29,779 nt of DNA from an uncultured virus (IMG/VR IMGVR_UViG_2061766007_000727) (IMGVR_UViG_2061766007_000727), one strand, 5' to 3'. Counted from the first letter of the stretch, positions 9,060 through 18,424 are shown. Made by a program: numbers and translations. Notes: generated by a model from the sequence alone, not told the origin.

Positions 9060-9959
9060 ATGTACGCATTAAAGAACGCAGGTTACGGATATAAGAAGTT
9101 GCTTTCGGAACATCAGTTCCTAAAGGTTCAGCAGAGGGCAAGGGAACTGATGCGTGATGGTACTAACCTTGATTCTATCTATGTCAAGGAACAGACCGTG
9201 ATGTACAAGACACATTCGTCAAACTATGGTGAGAACAACATCGTTTACACGCAGAGACTTTACATTGAGGAAGCGAGTTTTGAGAACGTAATCAATGCAA
9301 AGAATTTCAACGAACTTGAGAAGATTATGCTTGATGGTGGATTGAAGATACATTGTAACTGCCTTGCGGAGGGAACAAGGATACTCACCAAGAATGGTTA
9401 CAAGGCTATTGAGGATGTGATACCAAACGTTGACTATGTGCTTTCTTCCGATGAGAAGTGGCATATAGTTGCGGAAGTTAAACAGTCCGAAATGAAATAC
9501 AATTGGAAGAAGGTTAAACTCCAATATAGGGATGAGCCGCTTATTATAACCACCGACCATAAGATTATGTGGAGTGATGGCAGTATGCGCACTCTTAAAG
9601 ACTACAAGGATGGTGACAAGGTTCAAGGTGTTCTCTGTCCGCTTGGGGTGCTATCCATTGAAGATGCAGAGCCGCAGGTTGGGTACGATGTATGTCTGTT
9701 TGATGAGCCACATAATTATATTGCAAATGGTGTAATCGTTTCAAACTGCCCAGCGTTCCACTATTACGGCTATAAGTATAAGGCTTGGAAACTTGGATAT
9801 GGACTTGAAAAAGAGTTGCGCAGACCTATAATCCGAAATCCGCTTGGTAAGGGTTATGTGTGCAAGCATCTGTTCTTGGTGTTACAGACGTTCCCATTCA
9901 TTGCAAAGACACTCGCAAGCAAGTTCAGTCAGTATTGGGAGAAGGAATTAAAGAAGTAA
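9060..9959 (+). CDS. SWIM-type zinc-finger protein interrupted by a mini-intein
   Basis: After intein removal: KIHCN-CPAFHYYG...P..RNP.GKGYVCKHL (CxC...CxH). ATG 9060 preferred over TTG 9021, which overlaps the promoter motif. Confidence 0.75.
   Translation: MYALKNAGYGYKKLLSEHQFLKVQQRARELMRDGTNLDSIYVKEQTVMYKTHSSNYGENNIVYTQRLYIEEASFENVINAKNFNELEKIMLDGGLKIHCNCLAEGTRILTKNGYKAIEDVIPNVDYVLSSDEKWHIVAEVKQSEMKYNWKKVKLQYRDEPLIITTDHKIMWSDGSMRTLKDYKDGDKVQGVLCPLGVLSIEDAEPQVGYDVCLFDEPHNYIANGVIVSNCPAFHYYGYKYKAWKLGYGLEKELRRPIIRNPLGKGYVCKHLFLVLQTFPFIAKTLASKFSQYWEKELKK
9360..9746 (+). mobile_element. Mini-intein (129 aa, no endonuclease domain)
   Basis: Starts CLAEGTRILTKNGYKAIEDV; block B-like TTDHKI; ends GYDVCLFDEPHNYIANGVIVSN followed by Cys+1. 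Confidence 0.88.
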
Positions 9960-9980
9960 TTATATATTGTATTATATTTG
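9960..9980 (+). promoter_or_regulatory. Late-promoter variant TTATATATTGTA followed by a TATATTTG -7 element
   Basis: Both motifs lie in the intergenic gap before 10005. Confidence 0.45.
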
Positions 9981-10004
9981 TGTAACAATTAAAATTTTGA
10001 AATT

Positions 10005-10652
10005 ATGAACATTAAGAATTTAAGTGCTTGTAGGTCAAGTAAATATGGGAGGGCGAACTCTCGTAGAATCAAGGATGAGATTGACTTGAACAACCCAGAT
10101 GCAAACGAATGGATATTGTTGAATGTTTGTTTTCCATATTACGATGACTTGTTTAGAGATAATTATTATGACGAGTTATATAGAAACGGATTGGAGAATG
10201 AAGAAGGTTATGAGTATGAGACCTTGAACAGTGATTTGATAACCGATATGGCTGATGTGATTGAAGACGAGTTGGGTAATGCGGTTGCTAAATTCTTCGG
10301 ACAGGAAACACATGATGTCTATCACGATGACCAAGCCTTTATTGTTGAGATGAGAGGTGCGGCAAGTGAGTATCGTGACGGAATTGCGGAATTGCTTAAA
10401 TATGCAGACCAAATAGACATTCAGTATGATGATGTTCATTTTTGGAGTAATACAGACGGTTGGGCGTGGAATCTTTTCGGACAGAATCTTGATAATGCTT
10501 TGAAAGCCAAATTCGGTGATGACGTAAAAACAGATTGTATTATAGGTGCGCTTATAGGTGCATATTGTATGGAATTTGAATGTTTATATACAAATGTACC
10601 ATACCTTCAAGACCTCGTAAACGAAGAAGATGTTAATGAAGTGATACGATAG
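10005..10652 (+). CDS. Acidic hypothetical protein with basic N-terminal leader ending RRIKD
   Basis: 215-aa ORF; basic first ~23 aa, then strongly D/E-rich. Confidence 0.7.
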   Translation: MNIKNLSACRSSKYGRANSRRIKDEIDLNNPDANEWILLNVCFPYYDDLFRDNYYDELYRNGLENEEGYEYETLNSDLITDMADVIEDELGNAVAKFFGQETHDVYHDDQAFIVEMRGAASEYRDGIAELLKYADQIDIQYDDVHFWSNTDGWAWNLFGQNLDNALKAKFGDDVKTDCIIGALIGAYCMEFECLYTNVPYLQDLVNEEDVNEVIR

Positions 10653-10676
10653 ACTTTGTTCAGTATCCTATATTTC

Positions 10677-10712
10677 AAAGCACCAATCCAAATAAGGTTT
10701 GGTGCTTTTTTT
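10677..10712 (+). terminator. Intrinsic terminator
   Basis: AAAGCACCAA / TTGGTGCTTT stem followed by a T run. Confidence 0.7.
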
Positions 10713-10720
10713 ATTCTCAA

Positions 10721-10732
10721 TTATATATTATA
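10721..10732 (+). promoter_or_regulatory. Putative phage late promoter TTATATATTATA
   Basis: Exact motif copy between a terminator and ATG 10759. Confidence 0.6.
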
Positions 10733-10758
10733 TAGAACATTGTAAACAGACAAAGAGT

Positions 10759-10968
10759 ATGGAACAGATAGAACTTATAGCGGACAACGGCAAGTGGTAC
10801 ACCGCAGAGCCTTCAAACGAGTGGCAGAGATTCTTCTACCACAAGGTCAAGGTGTCCGCAGACAAGGCAAGTGAGTTCACGCAGGTAACTGATGAGTACA
10901 AGGCTGACTACGAGAGACGCAGAGCCGAGTATTTCAAGCAACTCAACGAGCAGGAGGAGGAAGATTAG
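10759..10968 (+). CDS. Small hypothetical protein (69 aa)
   Basis: ATG 10759 downstream of the promoter motif; MEQIELIADNGKWYT...; resembles small tail-associated phage proteins but not confidently assigned. Confidence 0.6.
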   Translation: MEQIELIADNGKWYTAEPSNEWQRFFYHKVKVSADKASEFTQVTDEYKADYERRRAEYFKQLNEQEEED

Positions 10969-10983
10969 ACTTTTGAAAACAAA

Positions 10984-10995
10984 TTATATATTATA
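10984..10995 (+). promoter_or_regulatory. Putative phage late promoter for the protease-capsid operon
   Basis: Exact TTATATATTATA upstream of the head genes. Confidence 0.65.
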
Positions 10996-11022
10996 ATGTG
11001 AACATAAAAAGTGTTTTGAATT

Positions 11023-11712
11023 ATGCTAAATAAGATTCAGACAACGAGGGGTAATAAGATGCGTATCTGTGATTCGCTCAACTTGAACGGAGTTACCGTT
11101 CCCATCATACAGGGGCAGGTGTCCGAAGTGGAGGTGATGTCGCAGAACGGCTATTACTACAAGCGTGACTTCTGGCGCAACATTCTTGGTCAGCCTTGCA
11201 TACAGGATTCGATTTTGAGCCACGATATGCTTGGTATGATTGAACATCCTACCGATGACGAGGACTACCTTAAAACGCCTTACGACAAGGCAAGCCACTT
11301 CGTACACAAGGCTTGGGTGGAGAGTGACGGAAATCCATACGCACAATTCGGTCTGCTCAACAACGAGCAAGGCAACAACATTAAGGCTTTAATTGAAATC
11401 GGACATAAGGTAGGTGTATCATCGAGAGGTCTTGGGGAGATGGCTAACGATGAGAAAGGACAGTATGTTACCGATAATAACTATATGTTTCTTACTTGGG
11501 ACATTGTTCGCAATCCGAACTTTGCGGACTTGAAACTTGATAAGGTTACGGATTCCTTGAGAAGCAATCCCATCTTCAAGGAATTGGTGCAGATGAACCA
11601 ATTGAAGGATTCGGCAGACGAGCATTATCAACAATCAAGTCTTTTGAAGAATATGGATACGGCAATCAATGCCTTGATTTCGATTAAACGTGAACTTGAG
11701 TATAAACTTTAA
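11023..11712 (+). CDS. Prohead core protease, T4 gp21-like (alternative start ATG 11059, MRICDS)
   Basis: SQNGYYY, LGMIEHP (His), VGVSSRGLG (Ser), TWDIVRNP (Asp) motifs; immediately upstream of the capsid gene. Confidence 0.88.
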   Translation: MLNKIQTTRGNKMRICDSLNLNGVTVPIIQGQVSEVEVMSQNGYYYKRDFWRNILGQPCIQDSILSHDMLGMIEHPTDDEDYLKTPYDKASHFVHKAWVESDGNPYAQFGLLNNEQGNNIKALIEIGHKVGVSSRGLGEMANDEKGQYVTDNNYMFLTWDIVRNPNFADLKLDKVTDSLRSNPIFKELVQMNQLKDSADEHYQQSSLLKNMDTAINALISIKRELEYKL

Positions 11713-11718
11713 AAATTA

Positions 11719-13401
11719 ATGACTATGAGTAATCTGATGAGTATGGGTGCTTGTCTGTCAGAGCAACAGAAACGAATGAGCAATTCGATTCAAGCAGCCC
11801 ATCGTGTAGCCGATTCTTATATGCGCTACGCAGAACAAAACAACACTTCTGCTTACGAGCAGGGTGTTACCGCTCAACTTTTGTGCAACTTCGCAGAGAA
11901 ACACCGCTCTTATGACGAGGGTGTTAAAGCGTTTGGTCGTGTATCCGATGCCGCTTTCGGAACTTCGTTCCAAGATGGCGCAACTCACGAAGGTTCATTC
12001 GGCCCGTGGGTTATGGATGTCTGGCCGCTTGTTGTTGCTTGGTATCCAGAGTTCCCATTGAAGGAACTTATCTCTGTTCAAGAGATGGAGAAACCGCTTG
12101 CTTGGATGTTCTTCTCAACATTGAAAGCAGGTACTGACAAAGCACCTACCGTTTATGGTGATGTTGTTGAGACACCGCTTGGAATGCGTAAGATTAAAGG
12201 TCAGTATCCGACAGGTGAGATTTTTGGTGAAATTATTCCTGCTGACCAAATTCAGTCGGATGAGACAACCGCTACTACCAAGTACGCTATGCTTTCTCAC
12301 TATCCATTGAACTTGACCAATGACTACACCGAGAAACTGAAAGTCACCGTTAACGCAGAGACTACTACTGCCGACACTACCGACCCCGACACAGGTGAGG
12401 TAATTCCGGGCACTACTACCACAACTTCAAATAGTTACGGTTATCACTCAATGAGTGGCAAGACTGTTTACTTCAAGGCTTGGGGTGATGAGACCAACAC
12501 CAAAGTTGATGGTATCGAACTTGACATTGAGACAGGCTTGCTCACTATTGATTCGACTGTATTCACCACTTTCACTGCTGACGTTACCAACATTGAGTTC
12601 AACTATGTATTCAACTTGGATTACGCTACTGCAAACAACATTCCGAAAGTTAAGGAAGAGGTTGAGAAGATTGAGATGATTGCACGTGAACGTGCTTTGC
12701 AACTTGAGTGGAGTTTGTTTAGCGAATACTTGAAGAAGACACAGTTCGGTCAAGACATTCAGCAAGACAACTTGAAACGAGTTCTTGACTTGATGTATCA
12801 GTTCCAAGTTCGCTATATCTTGGACGATATGTACAACAATGCCGAAGGTATTGGTGATGGTGGTGTCAAGGGTGCTGACAAGACTATCCCTGTGTTGGCA
12901 AATGGTTACTACTCAATTGATGTGAAAGTTCAGAAACTCTTGCAGTCTTTGAACGAGACCGCCAACCAGATTGAAATCGAGAGCGGACGTATGGCAGGCA
13001 ACCGCCTTGTTGTAGGTCGTGATGTTAAAGCGTTCTTTGAATCACTTCCGAACACTTACTACACCGCTAACGATGACAACAAAGGCTTCTCATCGCCACG
13101 TGAAATTGGTAGCATCGCAGGCTTTAAAGTATTCTTTGACCCGTACATTGAGGGTAACAAAGGCTTTATGACCTACAAGGGTGACGAATGGTACGATGCA
13201 GCATACTATATGGGTATGTATATGCCGTTGACCACCACCGACACTGTAGTTCTTGGTGTTAGTGCTAAAATGTCTTTCGTTTCGATGGAAGCCTACAAGT
13301 ACCACAAGAAGAACTGCGTAATCAAACTCGCATTTGATTTCAACGGTAACACAACGAACATCATTAACAACGGAACAACCAATATCACCATTGGTGGTTA
13401 A
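11719..13401 (+). CDS. Major capsid protein, T4 gp23-like
   Basis: 560 aa; ELISVQEM, ARERALQLEWS, AGNRLVV, IGSIAGFKVFFDPY, YMGMYMPL resemble gp23-family segments; follows the protease gene and ends at a terminator. Confidence 0.85.
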   Translation: MTMSNLMSMGACLSEQQKRMSNSIQAAHRVADSYMRYAEQNNTSAYEQGVTAQLLCNFAEKHRSYDEGVKAFGRVSDAAFGTSFQDGATHEGSFGPWVMDVWPLVVAWYPEFPLKELISVQEMEKPLAWMFFSTLKAGTDKAPTVYGDVVETPLGMRKIKGQYPTGEIFGEIIPADQIQSDETTATTKYAMLSHYPLNLTNDYTEKLKVTVNAETTTADTTDPDTGEVIPGTTTTTSNSYGYHSMSGKTVYFKAWGDETNTKVDGIELDIETGLLTIDSTVFTTFTADVTNIEFNYVFNLDYATANNIPKVKEEVEKIEMIARERALQLEWSLFSEYLKKTQFGQDIQQDNLKRVLDLMYQFQVRYILDDMYNNAEGIGDGGVKGADKTIPVLANGYYSIDVKVQKLLQSLNETANQIEIESGRMAGNRLVVGRDVKAFFESLPNTYYTANDDNKGFSSPREIGSIAGFKVFFDPYIEGNKGFMTYKGDEWYDAAYYMGMYMPLTTTDTVVLGVSAKMSFVSMEAYKYHKKNCVIKLAFDFNGNTTNIINNGTTNITIGG

Positions 13402-13430
13402 TGAAAGTTAGACATAAGTGTTTGAAGAAG

Positions 13431-13462
13431 GAAGGGAATCTAAAAAATTCCCTTCTTTTTTT
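13431..13462 (+). terminator. Intrinsic terminator after the capsid gene
   Basis: GAAGGGAAT / ATTCCCTTC stem, CTAAAAA loop, T7. Confidence 0.8.
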
Positions 13463-13473
13463 GTGTTTGGGTG

Positions 13474-13503
13474 TTGCAGATAACAAAAATTATATTACTT
13501 TTG
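13474..13503 (+). promoter_or_regulatory. Bacteroidota sigma-70-type promoter (TTG-N19-TACTTTTG)
   Basis: Matches the -33 TTG / -7 TAnnTTTG pattern; same spacing at 20949, 22990 and 26776. Confidence 0.7.
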
Positions 13504-13523
13504 CGTTACTAAAATATACAATT

Positions 13524-13946
13524 ATGAATTTGAAAGGATTAATGAATATTAGGAATAGTGAGTTAGAGCCTATCTTTGATATGGCAAGGGTAGGTTTCTT
13601 TGAAAATGGTAAACTTGAAGTATATGTACGAACCGATGATGGTGGAAACGAGCCACATTTTCATATTTGGGACAGAAGTACAAGAGGTAAGGTTTTGAAT
13701 ACTTGTGTTAAGATAAAGACAAACGAGTATTTCCAACATGGAGGTTATCAAGATATTTTAAATGCCGCACAAAGAAAGGCTTTGGCGGAGTTTATGGCAT
13801 CAAAACCCAAAAGCAATCGTTATGAAACCAATTATGAGTTAGTTGTAGATATGTGGAACTTAAACAACTCATCAATGGATGTGGATGCGAAATATGACAA
13901 GAATGGTGATGTTGTGATACCAGATTACACAAACATATCCGAATGA
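13524..13946 (+). CDS. Hypothetical protein with a DUF4160-like PHFH motif
   Basis: LEVYVRTDDGGNEPHFHIWD; ATG 13524 chosen because the longer ORF spans a terminator and a promoter. Confidence 0.6.
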   Translation: MNLKGLMNIRNSELEPIFDMARVGFFENGKLEVYVRTDDGGNEPHFHIWDRSTRGKVLNTCVKIKTNEYFQHGGYQDILNAAQRKALAEFMASKPKSNRYETNYELVVDMWNLNNSSMDVDAKYDKNGDVVIPDYTNISE

Positions 13947-14542
13947 TTAAAGACTTATACAACGATAGGATAGAGTGCGGTGTTCCGATAGACAGGAACG
14001 CTACGAATTGGGACAACTTGATTACCATATACAATGGTCTATGCAAAGTACCTTCGATAACATTTGAATCCACGTTGGATGTGCATAAGGGTTTTATATG
14101 GAAGATACAGGAGAAGATTGGAAGTGATGTGGTGTTTGAGTTGTTTAGGGACAAGATGTTGAGAAACAGATATACTAACGTAGATAAGTACGGACTGCTT
14201 GGTATGAGCATAATCAATCCGAAGGATAGGAGTGTGGTGCTTACAGAGGGTGTTTCCGACTACTTTACGGCACGTTTTTTGTGTCCGAACAGAAATGTGT
14301 TGGGAGTAACCACGTTGGGTGGAAACAAGACTGCTAAAACGATTCTTGTGAATATGTTCGATGAGTTCTGTATCTGTTCCGATAATGATACGAAAGGTGA
14401 GAGAAACACAGGCTACACCAACTCAAGCAGATTCAAGGCGTTCCTTGAGAGTTATGGTAAGAAGGTTTATGTTTTCCTACCGCAGAGCGACTGCAAGGAT
14501 ATAAGTGATAATTTGTTTAAAATCATATATTATAAAAACTGA
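13943..14542 (+). CDS. Toprim-domain protein (primase-like)
   Basis: VVLTEGVSDYFT, GVTTLGG and ICSDND (DxD) motifs, KDISD. Confidence 0.75.
   Translation: MIKDLYNDRIECGVPIDRNATNWDNLITIYNGLCKVPSITFESTLDVHKGFIWKIQEKIGSDVVFELFRDKMLRNRYTNVDKYGLLGMSIINPKDRSVVLTEGVSDYFTARFLCPNRNVLGVTTLGGNKTAKTILVNMFDEFCICSDNDTKGERNTGYTNSSRFKAFLESYGKKVYVFLPQSDCKDISDNLFKIIYYKN
14523..14534 (+). promoter_or_regulatory. Late-promoter variant TCATATATTATA
   Basis: One mismatch to the 12-mer; lies in the Toprim gene 3' end, upstream of 14549 and 14740. Confidence 0.45.
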
Positions 14543-14548
14543 TAATTG

Positions 14549-14743
14549 ATGGATGATAGTCAAGTTATAAAGCGACACAAGGAGTTGTACGAGTTACTTC
14601 AAAAGTGTACCGACTTGGAGACATATAATGAATTGTGGAAAGAGTTTGCGGACTTGGATGTGAAGTATGCGAGAATAACAAACAAGGATAGCGCATTGTT
14701 GTCAAGATGTTCGATAGAGAATCAATACATAGTGGTAAAATGA
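14549..14743 (+). CDS. Small hypothetical protein
   Basis: Short helical ORF; ATGA overlap with the next gene. Confidence 0.55.
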   Translation: MDDSQVIKRHKELYELLQKCTDLETYNELWKEFADLDVKYARITNKDSALLSRCSIENQYIVVK

Positions 14744-15018
14744 GAAGGATAGTTGATGCGACACGGATAAACAGAGTTAAGTACGCAGTTATACCAGAGG
14801 ACGGAAGTGAGATAATGGAGTTCAGTGATTTGGATGATGTAAGGTATTATATGACCACCAAGCCGTTTATAAAGTATTTCTACGCTTTCGATGTTGACGA
14901 TGAGAACAACTTTATAAAGATACGTGCTATTTATATGGAACGTTATACAGAGCGAGACATTAAAGACCGACTGCTTGCTAACAAGGCAGGTAGCGGACAA
15001 TATAGACCAAGATATTAA
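14740..15018 (+). CDS. Hypothetical protein starting MRRIVD
   Basis: ATG 14740 overlaps the upstream stop (ATGA); 92 aa. Confidence 0.6.
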   Translation: MRRIVDATRINRVKYAVIPEDGSEIMEFSDLDDVRYYMTTKPFIKYFYAFDVDDENNFIKIRAIYMERYTERDIKDRLLANKAGSGQYRPRY

Positions 15019-15044
15019 AATGTTTAACTTAAAAATTTACTACT

Positions 15045-15197
15045 TTGGGTAAGAGTTACAACTGCGGATACCGAGATGGTAAGGGCAGAAACAACAAGGG
15101 AAACCGCAAGGGTGGTTTCAAGAAGTTCAGCGATTCGGAGAACGAGATGTCGAAACTGAAAGAACGTTACAATATAAATTTTTCAAGGTTTAAGTGA
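15045..15197 (+). CDS. Possible small basic protein (50 aa, TTG start)
   Basis: GKSYNCGYRDGKGRNNKGNRKGGFKKFSDSE...; fills the gap before the clamp gene. Confidence 0.35.
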   Translation: MGKSYNCGYRDGKGRNNKGNRKGGFKKFSDSENEMSKLKERYNINFSRFK

Positions 15198-15219
15198 TTA
15201 TTTAAAAACAAAAAGAGTT

Positions 15220-16371
15220 ATGTACAAGTTAAATGTGAACGTGGGTAAGTTTGCCCACTCGCTTGCGCTTGCAGGCAAATGTATTGATTCAAAGCCTGTC
15301 ATTCCGATTACGGCTGATGTTCTAATCAGTAACGAGGGAGACACTTTTGTAATTAGTTCCTCTAACGCAGAGATGCGTATTGACCAACCGATTGATATGA
15401 GTATGGTGGAGGGTGAGTTCGCACCATTCTGTGTCAACTACGCAAAACTTTCCACCGCAGTGTCAACGTTGTCGAAGGACACTGACATCACGCTTGTGAT
15501 TGAGGGTAACAAGATGGTTGTGAACCACACCACAGGTAAGTTCGCCATTCCTGTTGAGAACGCTGACGAGTATCCTATCACACCGAAACTTGTTGAAGAT
15601 GATGAGGAGAACAAGGTTATCTCGTTCAAGTGCAACGCTTCGATGCTGATTAAGAATCTCAATCTTGCGAAGAACTCCGTGTCAACTGACAATCTGCGTC
15701 CGCAGTTCTGCAGTGTCTGCTTTGACATTGTGGAATCGAAGTTGAACATTGTGTCAACCAATGGACAGACGATGTTCCTTGCTCAAGATGAAACCATTGA
15801 GCCGTTCAACGGAGAGAATATCACTGCGCAGATTTTGATTCCGTCAACATCGCTCAATGCTATAGGAACGGTGTTCGTTGATTCTAACGATGTTAACATC
15901 ACTACTGACAACAAGAACGTGTTCATCACCAACAATAGTGGTATCAAGACTTGTGTAAGGCTTACGGAAGGCAAGTATGTGAACTACAAAATGTTTATCC
16001 CAGAGTTGGAGAACAGAAGTATTAAGGTGGATAAGAACATTCTTGAGACTATTCTCAAACGTGCCAATATCTTCACAAACGCAATAACAGGTATGGTTAT
16101 AATGACAAAGACAGGAAACAATCTTGTAATCAGTGGTGAAGACCTTGATTTGGCAACATCCACCAAAGAGAGCCTTCCGATATTGAACGAAAGCGGAGTG
16201 GAGGAAGGATTCCGTATCGGTTGCAATCTTGGCTACCTGTTCAGTATGTTGGCTACGATTGATGACACAGAAGTGGTGTTCAACTTCAACACTCCGCAGA
16301 AAGCGTTCACGATTGTGGAGGATGATGAGACATCTAACAAGTTGGCATTGGTTATGCCGATGAACATTTAG
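15220..16371 (+). CDS. dnaN: DNA polymerase III beta-type sliding clamp
   Basis: 383 aa; PVIPITADVLI, ADEYP, DNLRPQFCSV, VSTNG, EGKYVNYK, IGCNLGYL and C-terminal LVMPM. Confidence 0.9.
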   Translation: MYKLNVNVGKFAHSLALAGKCIDSKPVIPITADVLISNEGDTFVISSSNAEMRIDQPIDMSMVEGEFAPFCVNYAKLSTAVSTLSKDTDITLVIEGNKMVVNHTTGKFAIPVENADEYPITPKLVEDDEENKVISFKCNASMLIKNLNLAKNSVSTDNLRPQFCSVCFDIVESKLNIVSTNGQTMFLAQDETIEPFNGENITAQILIPSTSLNAIGTVFVDSNDVNITTDNKNVFITNNSGIKTCVRLTEGKYVNYKMFIPELENRSIKVDKNILETILKRANIFTNAITGMVIMTKTGNNLVISGEDLDLATSTKESLPILNESGVEEGFRIGCNLGYLFSMLATIDDTEVVFNFNTPQKAFTIVEDDETSNKLALVMPMNI

Positions 16372-16412
16372 GGTATTCTCATACCAGACATAATTTTTCT
16401 TTCATTTAAGTT

Positions 16413-16444
16413 GGGACTGTTGGGAAACTGACAGTCCTTTTTTT
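16413..16444 (+). terminator. Intrinsic terminator
   Basis: GGGACTGTTGG-GAAA-CTGACAGTCCT hairpin plus a T run. Confidence 0.8.
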
Positions 16445-16505
16445 ATTACATCAAACCATTATATTTGTAGGTTGAGTTATATATTTGTTTTAAAAGAGCG
16501 ATTTG

Positions 16506-16874
16506 ATGTTTAGTTTTTCTAATATAGCGGTACATACGGAGTGGTACAATATGGCAATCAAGTGTCTTGAGATGGTTGACATATACTCGTCCGAACAAAT
16601 CATCAAGTCGAAGATACCAGAGTGTATGGAGTTGCGTACCGTTCTTGTGTCCGCACTTGCTTGTTGCGGTCTTTCCGACAAGAGAATATCCAACATAAGC
16701 GGACTATCGTTGCAACAGATATACAGAGCGAAGCAGAAAGCGTTAGAGTATGGTGATGACAATCCGACCTACAACAGATTAACCCCTATAATCAAGAAAG
16801 CCATAGAGAACGTTAAGGACAAGCAAGCCAACATAGAACACGACATAACGGACTTGCTTACCGCAGCAGACTGA
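16506..16874 (+). CDS. Putative helix-turn-helix regulator
   Basis: GLSDKRISNISGLSLQQIYRAK HTH-like segment preceded by ELRTVLV; two TATATTTG elements upstream. Confidence 0.6.
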   Translation: MFSFSNIAVHTEWYNMAIKCLEMVDIYSSEQIIKSKIPECMELRTVLVSALACCGLSDKRISNISGLSLQQIYRAKQKALEYGDDNPTYNRLTPIIKKAIENVKDKQANIEHDITDLLTAAD

Positions 16875-16878
16875 CTTC

Positions 16879-16904
16879 CGATTCTCATTACGATTCTCAT
16901 TACG
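16879..16904. repeat. Perfect 12-bp tandem repeat CGATTCTCATTA x2
   Basis: Read directly in the intergenic region after the HTH gene. Confidence 0.85.
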
Positions 16905-17087
16905 TTTTTATAAGCGTTTCTTTATCCGAAACAATCTTTGAATTTTCCTACAATACTTTTTCGTTACTCAAGGTGGGTGACGGACTTGTGAGCCATATTT
17001 GCGTTGTAACAAGATTGAAACTGCGCAGTGATATGTATGTTACAAAGTGAAAGTAAAATGGTTTAATAAGTTTAAAAAAGAAAAATT

Positions 17088-17573
17088 ATGGAAGAAAAAA
17101 ATTATGGTTGGTTGACACCCTTTGAGGCATCAACTTTAATGCAGAGAGAATCACGCAGACCAAACGGCACAGGTGTTACAGGAATCGTTTTGGGTAGTGC
17201 AGCCTTGCTTACAGGTATAGGTGCGTGGATTTTCGGTGGTTGCTTTGCAAGTAGCAAGTCGAAGGCTAACACCGAGTTGATTAAGATGAACGCAGACCAT
17301 CAGAACGAGATGATTCGTCTGCTTGGCTCGTCTATCGTCAACGAGCGCAACGAGCGTGTGCGTCAGTTGCCTACTCTGCAATCGTACATTGACGTGCAGA
17401 CCAATCCGACACAGAGCGGTACTGCGGCTTCTACTTCTCTTGCAGAAGCAATGGCTTACGCACAAGCAATCAACAACAATGGTGGTATCAACGATGCTAT
17501 TCAGCAGAGTTCGTATCTGCGAGTTCAGCCTATCAGCGTTAAAGACTGCGGTTGCGGTTGCGGTGGTAACTAA
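17088..17573 (+). CDS. Membrane-anchored protein with C-terminal CGCGCGG tail
   Basis: Gly-rich TM segment GVTGIVLGSAALLTGIGAWIFGG, coiled-coil-like middle, DCGCGCGGN end. Confidence 0.75.
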   Translation: MEEKNYGWLTPFEASTLMQRESRRPNGTGVTGIVLGSAALLTGIGAWIFGGCFASSKSKANTELIKMNADHQNEMIRLLGSSIVNERNERVRQLPTLQSYIDVQTNPTQSGTAASTSLAEAMAYAQAINNNGGINDAIQQSSYLRVQPISVKDCGCGCGGN

Positions 17574-17663
17574 TCAAGGGGTGTGAATAGTGGAGTGGTT
17601 GGAAAACAGAGTACAACCATTTCACTTTTCAAAAGTGAGTTTTAATTAAAAATCGGTAAGGTT

Positions 17664-18005
17664 ATGTTCAACAACAGAGCGACATTCGACACTAACAAAC
17701 TGATACCAACATCAAAGATTTCATTGAAGTTATCTTGTTTGAACGCTTGTAACAATGATATTGCGAAAGCGGAGGAACTATATGACTATATGATGAAGGA
17801 CTTGAACACACTTCCCGACACAGAGCCTACGATGCCGAGCGGAATACAACGTTTCAAGATGGGTGCTGACGATATAATAGGTTGGCTCACAGACCACAAG
17901 GACTTGATTCAGCAAGGCATAGGATTGGTTCAAGGGTTGAGAGGCGGAAAGGTAGCGGAAGTTGTGAGTAACATAGCGAATGTCCCACCGATACCTAAAA
18001 TGTGA
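17664..18005 (+). CDS. Hypothetical protein
   Basis: 113-aa ORF in the operon; CLNAC motif. Confidence 0.7.
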   Translation: MFNNRATFDTNKLIPTSKISLKLSCLNACNNDIAKAEELYDYMMKDLNTLPDTEPTMPSGIQRFKMGADDIIGWLTDHKDLIQQGIGLVQGLRGGKVAEVVSNIANVPPIPKM

Positions 18006-18014
18006 AGTTGAGTT

Positions 18015-18206
18015 ATGAAACCCGTGATGATTACATTCTACGTTTATGCAGAGGACAACTCCGAAGGAGAGCGTCTGCAAAAGGAACTTTACAACTTTGT
18101 CAACACCAAGTATGAGCAAGGTGTTCTTATTAGGGCGGACAAGGTTAGTAAGGCTTTGAGCAAGTTTAAGGACAATATTTTGGTTAACAAATTTTTAAAT
18201 GATTAG
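18015..18206 (+). CDS. Small hypothetical protein
   Basis: 63-aa ORF tightly packed in the operon. Confidence 0.65.
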   Translation: MKPVMITFYVYAEDNSEGERLQKELYNFVNTKYEQGVLIRADKVSKALSKFKDNILVNKFLND

Positions 18207-18411
18207 AAAGATTATGGAGACAAATGAGATGAAACCGAAGAACATCTTTGAGCAGATACTATTCGGACAGTTGGCAATCAACGACAACATCGTTGCCTTG
18301 TCAAAGAACATTGAGATTCTTAATGAGCGGTTTGATGACATTATGAGTATTTTCTCAACCAACACTATCGCAGTTGTTGAAGATACCAAACCGAATGTGT
18401 TGAACGATTAA
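18199..18411 (+). CDS. Small coiled-coil hypothetical protein
   Basis: Heptad-like IVALSKNIEILNERFDDI. Confidence 0.6.
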   Translation: MIRKIMETNEMKPKNIFEQILFGQLAINDNIVALSKNIEILNERFDDIMSIFSTNTIAVVEDTKPNVLND

Positions 18412-18424
18412 AAAAGGAGAAGTT

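Noticed and set aside
13401..13523. N-terminal extensions of ORFs 13401, 9021, 10699 and 21078 given in the track
   Set aside because: They run through terminators, promoter motifs or another small ORF; downstream ATGs fit better
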